Of a stretch of DNA of 64,000 nt, positions 37,901-50,300 are shown in pieces. Source of the DNA: Monocercomonoides exilis PA203 (lineage: Eukaryota; Protista; Preaxostyla). How positions within the stretch are numbered: position 1 is the stretch's first letter; each line of letters opens with the position of its first letter. Below the pieces are notes generated by a model, which worked only from the letters and a program-made list of their open reading frames with translations, ran no database searches and had not been told where the DNA came from. Where the stretch lies: NCBI GenBank assembly GCA_001643675.2, contig LSRY02000036.1:930001-994000 (forward strand), given 5' to 3'. A program made the position numbers and the translations under genes.

Positions 37901-40900
37901 ATTGAGAATGAGGAGGAATCAAGGGAGATTCTGTCGAAGCTGCTGAAGCAGTATCCGCAGTCAACGCAGGTGCTGAGAGAGATGGGAGCACTTCTGAGAG
38001 ACATCTACCGCGACGACGACACAGCCACGCTGATGTTCACAGAGGCCAATCTGATTGAAGAGGACACGCTGACATCGCAGGGACAGTCGCATTCAGATGG
38101 GCAGAGCAGATACAGCAAACGGTCTTCGCTGGCAGGAAGCTCACTGGCTGGTGAGAGTCTGATGAGTGGAGGAGTGAAGAAAATGAAGAAGAAGAGGAGG
38201 AAGAAGCGCTCAGGCAGAACTAACGGAAACAAACTGACATTGGCGGAAGACAAGGCTAAGCTGCTTCCAATGTTTTTGCCAACCATTGTAGCGTCTCTGA
38301 TGATTATGATTGTCTGCTTTATTGTGTCGTTCGTGTTGAGTCAAACAGCATTCTCGACAATTCAAACCAGCGCAACAAGTTTGAATGAAGCAACAAACAT
38401 TCTCGTGAACTTCCTGATGAACTATCTGTATACAATGTATTTTGCGTTAGTCAAGGAGTCAAGTGATCCAACCACTTCATACACATTTTCAGGTGTAGAT
38501 TTCATTCCAAGCGATGAACGACTGAATCGAGAACTTGAATCACAGATGATTACCATGAATGAAAAACTAGACACGTTGTATCAGCAGACGAAGTATGAGG
38601 AGCACTTCAATCTGATGGAATATGAATACATTCAGCAGATTATGATAGAATACGATCGAAACGGTTCTGGCAGCTTTTTCAAGGCAGTCTGGAGTTCTCC
38701 TGTAAATATCATTGATCTCATCAACACTGTCTCTAACATCAATAGTGATCTGCTGTATATGTACGATAGCAAGCCTTCGTTTTCTTCGTGGCATTACTAC
38801 ATCCGTGCCAATACTCCTGTGAATGCTGTTGAAGCAATGAAGGGACTTGCCATCCAATACTCAAAATATGCACAAACACAATCAGATTCCATTGTCATTG
38901 CTATTATCATCATGGGCATTGTATCATTGGTTGTACCACTTGTGCTCACGAACTTCCAGTTTGTGATAACAGTCAGAAAGCTGAAGAAGGAGCGTCATGA
39001 AGTGTTCCTTCAGATATGCTCTGTACCAAAAGAGCAGATCTTGAAGCTGAAGCAGCGTTTGGATGAGTCTGAACAAGGAGAAGACGAAGAGTCGCTGACA
39101 TTCGGAACGATGGGATCGACTAACGTGACAGATGCAACGAAGACTGATCAGTCAGCAGTCACTGAAGACGATGGGAAGCCAGACAACCTGAAAGAAATTG
39201 TGGAAGTGACCAACTCTGAAGAGATAGAAAAAGGAGCCAGAACAACACAAGCTGAATCCAGTGGTGCTTCTAACAATGCTGGAGGAAGTTCTCCAAGAGG
39301 AGGAGCAAACGGATCAGGAGTTGAGATGTCACTTGTTCCACATGCACAGCCTGATGATTCCTTCAAGAATGATTCCAACATGATGGGTGCAGGAATGATG
39401 AACAATGGAATGATGAATAATGGAATGATGAACAGCGGAATGCTTATGAACATGGGCTCCAACTTGCAAATCGGTGCAGGTGGTCCAGGAGGTGTTGGCG
39501 GAACGACATCGTCAGGAATGCTGATGGGAACAGGAATGGGCAACATGGGTGCAAATCAAGCGTCTCAGTTCTCACTGGCTTCAATGGGGCAGAACAACAT
39601 GGCAGGAGGAATGCTGGGAATGTCACCAATCACATCTCCTTCTTTCACTTCGCCTCGACAAACGCCTCGTATTCTTCCACATGCAATGCAGCAGGTACAA
39701 ATAGGACTTGCTTCTGGTGCTCCATCACCTCAACCAGGAATGATGAATGGTATGAATGGAATGAACGGAATGAATAGTATGGGAGCTATGAACATTTCTG
39801 GTGATCTGAGCAAAATGCAACCGATGCTGCAGCCTCAAATGTCCTCATTCATTGCACCAGTCGGCAGTGATCGAATGGGTGGAACTGGAATGGGGATGGA
39901 CCTCGGTGACGACTTAGATGGATCTTCATCTTCATCGACAGACATGGAGAACGGAGATAGCAAAAACAAGACAGGCACAGATGACGCAGCAGGTGCACAA
40001 GGAGCAGCACAAGCAAACAATGCAAATCAGCAAGAGATGTCTGAAGAAGACGAAGAAAAAGAGGAACTTGCAGAGCAGATTAAGAAGATTAGCCACTTTA
40101 TCCCAACCTCTTTTTGGATTCGTGTTCTTGTGGGTGATATTGACATTATCATATTTGGTGTTGCCTTTTTGGTTATCTCCGTTGTTTCCCTAAAGACAAC
40201 TGTGCGATTCAACAATGGTATATTCACAGCTGGTTATCGTGAGGCAATGATGTGTACAATTGCTGTTATCACCATTAATCTTGGTTCTCCTTCTTTTCCT
40301 CCAATGATCGGAGAAGGTCTCACTTTCAACACAACCTTTGCGACAAATCCTGTGTGGACTAACTTGACTCACTTAAGCGACGATTTCTACACTCAGCAGA
40401 AATTATTGGCTGCTCTCTTTGAATTTTACACCGCACTGAATGACAGGGCAAACATGGGATCAGACTTTGGGGAATCTGCTCGGACGCATGACGATGCAGT
40501 GGATGAACTGGAAGTCGATAAGATTGTGGCATCTGGAACAAAAGCAAAAGATTTGATGATGACCAAAACGGACTGCTTGATGGAAGACAAATCCATTTGC
40601 TCTGAAATGCCTGGCAGAATGAAAGGTGTAAATGGGAACTTCACTGGTATCGAAGCTTTGCAGAGCATATTTGTTCAGAACTGCATTGCACTGATTAATG
40701 AGGCTGATCCAGTAAATGCAATTATCCTTAACACATCTGGTGTCCAAGTGGTCAATTCGTTGATTATGTACGATCTCTCACAAGGTCTGAAAAGTGTGCG
40801 TATGTCAGTGAGAGAAAGCCAAGTTGCATCCATATCACAGTTTTCCGTGTTTCTGTATCTGTTTTTCATTCTCGGCATCATTTTCACTTTTGTGGGATTC

Positions 40901-41755
40901 TTTGGCTGTCTGTTTCCAACAAAGACAGTGCTGTTCCGTGTGGCTACCAACTCAAGCAAAATGCGAGATTTGGATCCGTCAGTCGATCTGGCAGAGAGAA
41001 CAGGTATGGGCGCTGCTGGATGGAAGGACGAGTATTCATGTGATTGCATCAGAATGGACAAGGAGCATCAGCAAGTGCTTCTTTCTCTTGCCCTTGTTTG
41101 CTCTGGAATTGACCCAGAAATTGTGATCAAAGATCAGCTTGCTGAGATCAAGGAAGGAAACGATGAAGAGTTCAAGTCCATTGCAGAGTTGGTAGAAGAG
41201 AAGTGCTTGAAGAAAGAAGCATCTGCTGGAGGAAATGTGGCCATGATTAAATCGAAACAAGGAGCAGACGATAAATTAGATTCTGCCGATTTGAAAGAGA
41301 AGGACAATGCAATCTTGAAGGCAGTTATGCTTTTGGTCAAGAAGACATTCGCAGCACTTTCAGACGAAGAGCATCTTATCAAAAAATACAAAATGCCTGC
41401 AGATCATCGCTCACGTCATTATTCTGGCCATGCTTCACTTGTCAAAAAGCTCCAGACAAACATCCTGAACATCGAGAAGGTTGCAAAGAAAGGCAAATCA
41501 CTGATGGCATCACAGGCACAGCAGCTGATGCAAGTGTATGTGGGATGGCTTACTGATCATGTGGGGAAAGTTGACAGGGAGTTGACAGCACTTCTTGTGG
41601 GAAAAGCACCTTCGTCTGAAATGGAAAGAGATGTGCGCCTTAACCAGTTCACCGTTCCTCCTTCGTATTCGCAATTTTTGGAATCAGAGAACGCTTCACT
41701 TCAAGAAAAGAGCTTGTTTGAAAAGATGCTGAAAATATTGCATCTGAACGAATAA
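34929..41755 (+). CDS. TmcB/TmcC-like multi-pass membrane protein with C-terminal hemerythrin-like domain (~2,181 aa)
   Basis: Exons 34929-34974, 35040-35146, 35208-35893 and 36049-41755 are in frame. N-terminal TM bundle; TPR-like YPQSTQVLREMGALLRDIYRDDDTATLMFTEANLIE; two TM-loop-TM modules; hemerythrin motifs WKDEYS..MDKEH, SDEE, HYSGH, WLTDHVGKVD. Confidence 0.85.
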
Positions 41756-43216
41756 GAAGACAAGTGAAGAAAGCAAGTCAAATCAGAGAAAAGGAGAGAG
41801 AAAACAAGTGAGACGGAGAGAAACTATAAAAATATAAGAACAGTTACAAAGATGAATTCAATTTAGATCGTTAACGCATTTAAAACAAAAGTGAACATAT
41901 GCACAATGAACATGAGACACTTCACTGACTTTTGAAGCAAGCATTTCATTTTTTTATAGTGGGTTCTATTTGCTTTTTTCATTTGAAATAAATAAGTTAT
42001 TTTTAATATCTGAAATTTTTGTCAATTTATTTTCTTTTTTGAGTCACTTTCTGCCTCTCTTTTGCACACTTTTTTAATTTGTAGTTTGATTTTCTTGATA
42101 TTAAACATGATGTATATCCAAAAAAGTCATAAAATTTACATTCATATCTGTTTCTTGTTCTTGTTCTGTTTCCTACCGTGTGTAAATATGAGCAAGTCTA
42201 GAAGTCATTTCCAATCTAAACCAATATTTTCTGTTTAATTTTGTAATTATCTTTTTTTATAAGTTTTGTATTCATCATTCAAGTGTCTTGATGAGTTAAT
42301 AAGCAAATGTGAACCCTGCCTGTCAGTCATGTTAAATCATATTCAGATATGTTCTGTTCTCTTTGTTTCCAGTTTTCAATCCCTTTTTCTCGCTTTTCAG
42401 CAAATTTGGAAATTGCTAAACAAATATTTTGGAACTGTTATGATTAATAATGGTGTTAAGGCATTTTGAAACAAACTATTGTAATTCTGTTCTTTTTTAT
42501 TTTTCTTTATGTTTCTTTTGGAAAAGCATTTTCTTGTCTATCTCTGATCGTCTTTTATGGATAGATGCGTGTCTTGTTCAAAATGTTTATATCAAAAAAA
42601 CAATTTATCAATTTTATCTTAGGCATCGTCTTTCCATCTTTTTATTCTGAAGCATCTTCATTTCATTGTTTGTCTTTTTTGTTGAATAATTTTATAATTG
42701 CAGCAGTGGCTGTAGTTTGTGTACTCATCAGTCATTATTTTTTCTTAATGATGATACTTGTATTGTGTATTGGAGCATTGACTGATTTTATTTTTTGAAT
42801 ATAAATATAAATTTGTCATATTTTTTTCCATTGCATCATTCTAAGTAATACTTTTCTATTAAAGTTACTTTTTTTGTTACTGCTTTCAATTCTTATTCGT
42901 CCTTCTTTTCTATTTCTCTTCACCAATTCTTGAATCTAACTCAATTTTTCTCTGAAAAATTCATTCTTTCCTTGATGCAAAGTTCTTTTTAATTTTTAAT
43001 TTTTTCTATTCTTAACTTAACCTTTGTTTTGCATTCAATTCTGTCTTTTTTTTTATTTTTCAAAACGATATGTCAACAATACAACAATACAGAATTTTAA
43101 AAAATGAGAATTTTTTTTCAAAATTCACTTTGTTTAAAAACTCAAATTTAAACATTGCGTAATTATAATTACACCTCTGTAACATGACAAGTTATAAAAT
43201 CATTTGTATGTCACCG

Positions 43217-43274
<58 letters not shown>

Positions 43275-43315
43275 AAAAAGAAAAGAAAAGAAAAGAAAAA
43301 AAAGAAAGAATAGAA
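43217..43315 (+). repeat. Poly-A (~56 nt) followed by (GAAAA)n
   Basis: Seen directly in sequence. Confidence 0.95.
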
Positions 43316-43473
43316 AAGTGATTGAGATTAATTGCAAAAGTCTTTCATGGACCGCTTTTTCAATTGAATGATAAAAATAAATACCACAAAAATTAGCATG
43401 AATCGAACAACTTCAATTTGAGTTTGAAAATAAATTTTAACAAAAAGATATGAAAATTTTAATATTTCATCTG

Positions 43474-43712
43474 GGTGATTATTTTTGAAAAGTCGCTAAT
43501 GTTTAATTTTCAAATAAATCGAAAATTTCATATTTTGTTCAAATTTTTGTTTGCATACACCAAACTTCTCTCATATGGAATCAATTTCTGGACTATGCCA
43601 TTTCAAACATTCTTTTGAAGATTCGTGAGCAGAAACAGAAATTTGAGCAAAGTTAGAAATTTTTGATTTTTTTTGAAAATTAAACATTTGCGACTTTTCA
43701 AAAAGAATCACA
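43474..43712. mobile_element. ~240-bp palindromic MITE-like element, copy B, flanked by CATCTG direct repeats
   Basis: Arms gtgattatttttgaaaagtcgctaatgtttaattttcaaa and tttgaaaattaaacatttgcgacttttcaaaaagaatcac. CATCTG occurs at 43468-43473 and 43713-43718. Arm homology to 1216-1455. Confidence 0.75.
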
Positions 43713-44090
43713 CATCTGTTCATAAAAATCAATAGTGTTATTTCATTTGTTGCATAAAACACGGAAATTTTTGATTGAACCGAACATTCTGTCAATTTTT
43801 TCAGATTTTTTCTTTCTTGCGTTTGATTGAGAAAAAATGAACGAATTTAGAATTCCTCCTCATTCTGATAATATTCTTCATGGTAGTTTTTAAAACGGAG
43901 AATTTCTAATGAAGAAAAATTATCAAAAGAACAGATTTGAAAAAATAAAACGATGCATTGAAAATGCTTCATTCACCAAAATATTTATTATTCTATTTGA
44001 AAAGACGATTGCGTGTTTTTTTTATTTTGAAAGAAGTTAAACATTTGCTTCAATGATCAATTATTATTATTAATCAAAAAGTTCAGAATT

Positions 44091-44225
44091 GTGGGGCAAA
44101 ATATGGCACATCAGGCATTTTCATAGAAAAATTATGAACATTTGATAAATTTTTTGTGAACAATTATTATTATCAAAATGGATTCGGTTATAAAAAATGT
44201 GTGAGATCACAAAACATTTTGTCAA
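44091..44225 (+). repeat. Dispersed repeat, copy 3 (homologous to 583-715)
   Basis: gtggggcaaaatatggcac...tttcatagaaaaattatg...tgtgtgagatcacaaaacattttgt versus tggggtaaaatatgagac...ttcattgaaaaattatg...tgtgagttcacaaaaaggtttgt. Confidence 0.7.
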
Positions 44226-44979
44226 ATTCAAAAACATTTCTTCACGTTCATTAAATTCAAATTTATTTTGAATCAAAGAAAGTTAAATAAAGAGAAGAGA
44301 AAAACAAAGATTGAATACTTTGTGCATAAAAAACATGAAAGACCGAATTTTTTCACCAATAACCATTCTTGATTTTAAATAAATAAATGTTGTTGGAATG
44401 GAAAGAAAAAAGGAACATTTAAAATTTCCACATAGAAAAGAAATGATTTGATAATACTGGGTAATTTTCATTTTTTGTTTTTGCAGTTAATTTCTCTTTA
44501 TTGATATATTTTTATTTTGAATTTGCTATCATTGAATAAAATGAAACTTTGATTTATCTTTTTATTGTTTTAAAACCACAAAAATCTTTGAGTGATTATT
44601 TTTTGAAATCATTTCTTTTTTCGGATTATTATTTCTTCGAATGTTTTATTTCTTTGAATAGGCATTTTATGAAACAAAAGCAAAAATCATGATAATTGTC
44701 AAAAAAAAAAACACTTAAGTATGAGATTGAATCTATGAAAATTTTATTTTTTAAAAAGAGTTGCAACTTTTCAGCATTCATTAATCAATATTCAAAGTGA
44801 ATTTTAAATCCGAATTATTTCACAAAATAAATTTTTGATTATTTAATAATCACCCACTTGTTTGTATTTTTTTAAATTTCTTTGAATCTCACATAACATT
44901 GATTTTATTCCGTTTTTGTGTTGAAAAGCTTTTCCAAAATTTTTTTGATTTTCCATTCAGTTCAATTCAATTCCATTCT

Positions 44980-45092
44980 TTGCTTTTCTTTTCTTCTTTT
45001 CTTTTTTCTTTTTCTTTTTCTTTTTCTTTATCTTTTTCTTTTTCTTTTTCTTTTTCTTTATCTTTTTCTTTTTCTTTTTCTTTTTCTTTTTT
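44980..45092 (+). repeat. (TTTTTC)n pyrimidine microsatellite
   Basis: Seen directly in sequence. Confidence 0.95.
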
Positions 45093-45881
45093 AATCACTC
45101 TCAGAAAATAATCTCTATGAAATATTAAATTTTCTTATACCTCTGAGAGGAATAGAATTTTTTTTCTACCTTTATTTTTAATCAATAATCTTCATAATAA
45201 TTATTTTGTTTTTGAATAAAAGTTCTTAAATAAACAAACAGTCTTTATTTTTTCTTTATAAAATAGTTGCAAGCATTAAAACAGTTTTGAGCGAAAACAC
45301 AATTTTATTTCATAAAATTCATTTAATTGTGTGTGAAAAATATAAAATATCGGGAGGCATAGTTGAAAAACACAACTTCCCTTTAAATTACAAAACTTAA
45401 AAAATTAAATTCAAATAAAACTGATTATGCGATGTGAAATAAATTGAACGCTCACATCAAAAATCAAATTTAAGAATATAACATACAATTAAAAAAATAA
45501 TGAAGAAAACCATAACTTCAAACATGTGTGAGGAGAAGTGAACAGTAACTGTTCAAAATTTAAGTACAGAATGATGGTGACATAAAATAATCAAAGAGAA
45601 GTTAGAATACTCTTGGCAAAATGAAAACATAATTCAACGAACAAATAATATTATGAAATGTCTATTTGAGCGTCAAAGCAGTTGAGGAAAATAAATTTGC
45701 TCAAAACAACAAAATAATTTCATTTCTCAACGAAATTTCGAAAAAAATGAAATTGCTGAGCAGACAAAGAATGAAAAAATTTTCATAAAATAAAAAATAC
45801 ATTATCGAATTACAGCAATAGCAAAGACAAGAAACTTGATTGCGAATTTCATGCGTAAATCCTCAATCTTTAATTTGTTGT

Positions 45882-47312
45882 CTAAGAACGATATCTTGCT
45901 GACATTGACAAAATCTAAATAAAAAAATGACAATTCAAAGAGCAAAAAGAATTCAATAATCTCATCAATAAAAATAAAAACAATACCGACGGCTGAGGTG
46001 TGGAGACGCGAGATGTGCCAGCAGGAAGAAAGACCTTTTGCCTAATTCCCATAGACGTTTTAGGTCGTTCTGGTTTTAAATCAGCTCCTGATGAATAGAA
46101 AACAAATATTGTTGAAAGATATAATTATTTTGAAATGTTTTTCGCAATATTCAAAAGTAACAAGATAAAATAACTGATAAATTGGTTGCACACCGACAAC
46201 ATATTCCGGAAAAGGAGCCAACGTGCCTGTAATTCCTCGTTTTCCAGGAGAAGAAGGACGAAATGGAACAGTCTGACAGAACGAGGATCCTCGAGAACGA
46301 GTGGTGCCCGCACGTGTGGAAGGGCGTGTGCCTTAAAAAACATTTTCATCAAGAATTTTCAAAAAAAAAAAATATTAATTAGAGTGAACAAAATTCATCA
46401 AAATAACTTCAAACTTGTTGGACTACTTTCAGCTGATTTTGATTCCATTGTTGTGATAGGAGAATAGATTTTGGAATCAAAACATCCACCAGGAGGCGAC
46501 ATCGAGCGGAAAGGAACAGTTGGTGTCTTGGGCTTTGTTTTTTCAATTTTCATGCGATCTCCACCATACGGCTCGGACATGTACGGATATGAAAACCCAC
46601 CGATTGTATTAGAAGCAAATCCAGGTCCTCCTTTTTTTGTCGGATTTGTGTAAAAGTTACGTGGAGAAACAGAAGAAGTAGTTCTTTTTGTAGAACTCGC
46701 AGTTGATGAACGAGATGATGTTGGAGATTTAGTCATTTCCATTTCTCCTTCACTCATATATTCAATTTGATTAAAGCATCCATGAACATCACCTGGACCA
46801 GTTCTAAAAATACAAAAAAATATTAAAAATCTATTCTAAGTTTCATGGAGTTAAAATTGATACAGTTTCTTTGTAGGATTACTAGGCAAAAACGGTTTGC
46901 TGCTAACTGGCTTTGAAGACGATGAAAATCGTTTTGGAGGTGAAGGTGCTTGATATGGCTCGCTCTATAATAATATATATGAGTTATGTGTAAAAGAATA
47001 ATGTATGCCCAATGAATGAATAAATATAAAGTGGAATAATACAGTTGCAAGTGACTGGAACTTTCCGAAAGTAGTATCATTCAAAACTCCTCGCTTCGGA
47101 GGTATAATACCAAGTTGCTTTCCTTTGTACCTGTCATCTTTTAATGCAGCACTTTTGTCATCAACATATGGCTCCTAAAACAATGTTTTCCGTAATATAA
47201 AATAAAAATCAATCCAAACCCCAACAGACAAAAATGGAGAAAGCTGAAATAAATCATAAGTTTTTAAATCATGTGTGGCTTGCGGAGATGATGTTGACTT
47301 TTTTGTGCTCAT
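45882..47312 (-). CDS. CFAP96: Cilia- and flagella-associated protein 96 (C4orf47/UPF0602-like), ~7 exons
   Basis: LFQLSPFLSVG|EPY, KPFLPSNPTKK, PRNFYTNPTKKGGPGFASNTIG (compare NLYTNPGKKGTGYGYANITIG), and C-terminal PQPS|ILSMSARYRS-TAG. Confidence 0.8.
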
Positions 47313-47383
47313 GATAAAAATTATCAAAACAGCAGTTTTATTCTAGAATGGGATAAAATATTCAACGGTTGACAAAATATATT

Positions 47384-50300
47384 ATGTTAAGGGTATGATA
47401 GTGATCTGCATTCAGATTTGTTTTATTTATTGGTTTGTAGCAGATGAGTGATGTTGATTACGCATCGCGGCCGCGTAAGATGACTCCTACGGAACGTATA
47501 TTGTATGATAGTTTATATATTTTTTCGATTTGGATATGCATTCATTAATAATTTCAATCGTTATTAAATAAGATATTCACGAGAAGAAAATGCACTGAAA
47601 AAGTGGGAACAACAACAAGTCGAATGGGATAAAATTCGTGATAGACTTTCTAGAAAGACAGGAAAAGTTTGCTTTCAGTACATTTGCATTGTGACATTTT
47701 TTTTTCAGTCAATTGATGCTTTGGCAATTACTGATGCTGAACGTTTTCGAGAAACGTTAGAGGCTAGAAAAATTGCAGAAAGCGCGAGAACAATGTGGGT
47801 TTGTTTTCGTTTTTTTATCATTTTTCATTTGAAAGAACAAAAATTATTTGAATTTTATGTTTAGGATCGAAATGCTTCAAATTTCTGGGAAATGACTCTT
47901 CGAGATTCAGATCAACGCTATGCTAAAGTCGGAGAGTTATATGTTAAAATTAAAGAAACTGGTGCTCCTAGGTTTTTGATAAAGAAATAAAAATTTTTTT
48001 AAACAAAAATAATTTTCTTTTTTTTTATTGAAAATGGATTAGCGAGGTTGTTTATCAAAGAAGTGGATCACAGGTTGCAAGGTCTCGCGCTGGTACATCT
48101 TCATTTAGTTCCACGCAAGCCAGCAGAGCTGGATATCCCGGATCATCGTTTGAAGGCGAAGCAACAACAACGACGAATGCCACCTTATCTTCAACAGCAA
48201 AAGAGCGACAACGCCAACGTATTGACGAAGCAGTTGCGCGGAGGCATTATGGTCTCGACACGCTTCCCAAAGAAGTTCTGTCGCGCATTCACAAACGAGT
48301 GAAGGATTCGAAGCTTGTTCTCCCAGACAGCAGCGATCTGAGCTCCTTAGAGATACGCGGGACATCCGCATTGAACTCTACAAGAGGGTCTTTTTCTGAG
48401 CCAGGCAAAGAGAAGATCGACGAAGAAGGTGGGAGAGGCGCTGAGAGCAGGGTTCCATCTGGGCTGCGGATGGCGGAGCTGTCTGAAACAGAGAACGGAG
48501 AGGAAGGGGAAGAGCTGAATGAGGATGAAGAGAAGCAGAAGGAGAACGGCCGGTCAGAGGAAGGAAAGAGCGAAGGGACGATCACGCCACACTCGCTACA
48601 CAGGCATTCTGGCTCAGTTGCGTCGACGTCGCCGCTTCGGAAGCAGGCAGCTCCGACGCAGATAATCGAAGTTTCCACGCCGCACCTTCTCTTCGATGTG
48701 CCGGCAGGGACGCTTGCTGTGCAGACGATTGCTGTGCGGAACAACGGGGACTCTGCTGTCTTCTACAACTGGGAGCGCTGCGGGTCGGGCTCGTCGCTGC
48801 CGCTGAGCGACTGGCGGGTGTTTTCGCTGGACAGAACGAGAGGGTCGCTTCTGCCGGGCGAAGAGCAGCACTTCCACTTCTCGTTCAAATGCAACACACC
48901 TGGCCTCTTCATCGACCACTACTATCTGCTCTGCCAGCCTCCCCCGAATGGCCACTCTGACCCTTTCTCGCTGTCTCTGAGGGCACATGCGCGGCTGGCT
49001 GAGCACTCTCTCCTGAAACAGCAGAAGATGAACAGAGAGTTCGAGCAGTGTGTTTTGCGGAGGATTGTCAGAGACATCATTTGGGACGTTGTGTACGATG
49101 TGGATGCGCTGATTGGCCCAGAAGTTCCGTTTGATCTGCCTCGCGCGCTGTTCATCCACATGAACAAGGGCCATCTCCCTCGCCTCTTCCACACCCCGTC
49201 TGCACTCGAATATTGGCTCCGCCTTCAGCAGCTGCTCCACCGCGCCCTGCAGCTTCCGCAGGAGCTGAGATTCTGGGACTATCGGGTGGACTCACTGGAG
49301 TATCTGATCACACTCATCCCAGACGCCGAGTGCAGAGAGGCCACAGAGCATCTGTTCAACCAGCTGGTGAATTACTCGGCATTCCCATTCACAGCAGCAC
49401 TGGCAGACGTCGAAGGAGAGATGCCTCCGAATGACATGTCGCTGGCTGAGAAGGCTGCTGAAATGCAGGAGATGAAGAAGAAGAAGATGGGAGAGGAAGA
49501 CGCTGATAAGAACAACAGAAACAATTCTTCTTCTTCTTCATCGTCATCATCTTCATCATCATCTACATCTTCTGCATATCCTCAGAACAACAAGCCAACA
49601 CATCGTCCACTTGGAAGTGCGACCACTTTTGATCGTATGCTCCATTCTCTTCTTTGAACAAAACATGTAATTTTTTATTCATTCTGAATTTTTTATTTTA
49701 ATTTTGATTGATTTTATCTTTCAATGCTTCTTATTTGTTTATTCTTTTATTTATTTGTTCTCTTCTAATTTCTCAGCCAATTCGTATGATGAGAACGATG
49801 CTGAGCTGAATGTGTCCAACGTGGAGCATTTGGAGGAGCTGGTGTCGCCATTCCAGTCAGAGCTGTCCTTCATCCGGCAGCTTCTGATCGATGTGGTTGA
49901 TTCTGTGCCCCGCCACGCCATTCTCTCTCAGTTTGAGGCAGAGCTGAACAGCGCCCAGGGGAATTACTCTGCTCTCCACCCGACAAACGCCCCAGGGCAG
50001 GACACATCGCCTGCTGCGTATTATTTGAGGGGAGGAAAGAGCTCTCTCAACCGCCCACTGAAACTGGCACCGAAAGTGGATCTGTTTGGAGGTGAAGGAA
50101 ATGGGGGAGAGAAGAGCAATGAGAGAGAAACAGCTGGGAATGAGGGGAAGACGAAAGGGAATGAGAAGAAAGAGGGAGAGAAGGGGAAGAAAGAGGTGGA
50201 GAAGAAGGGAGGCAGGGCAGCTGGGGGAAAGGGGAAGAAGGATGCAGAGAATGTGAAAGGAGGGAAAGGAGGAGGAGGAGGAGGAGGAGGAGCATCAGGA

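Noticed and set aside
43217-43272. Poly-A as a retrotransposon or processed-pseudogene tail
   Set aside because: No upstream RT or retrocopy sequence and no TSD are visible, and it grades into a (GAAAA)n microsatellite.
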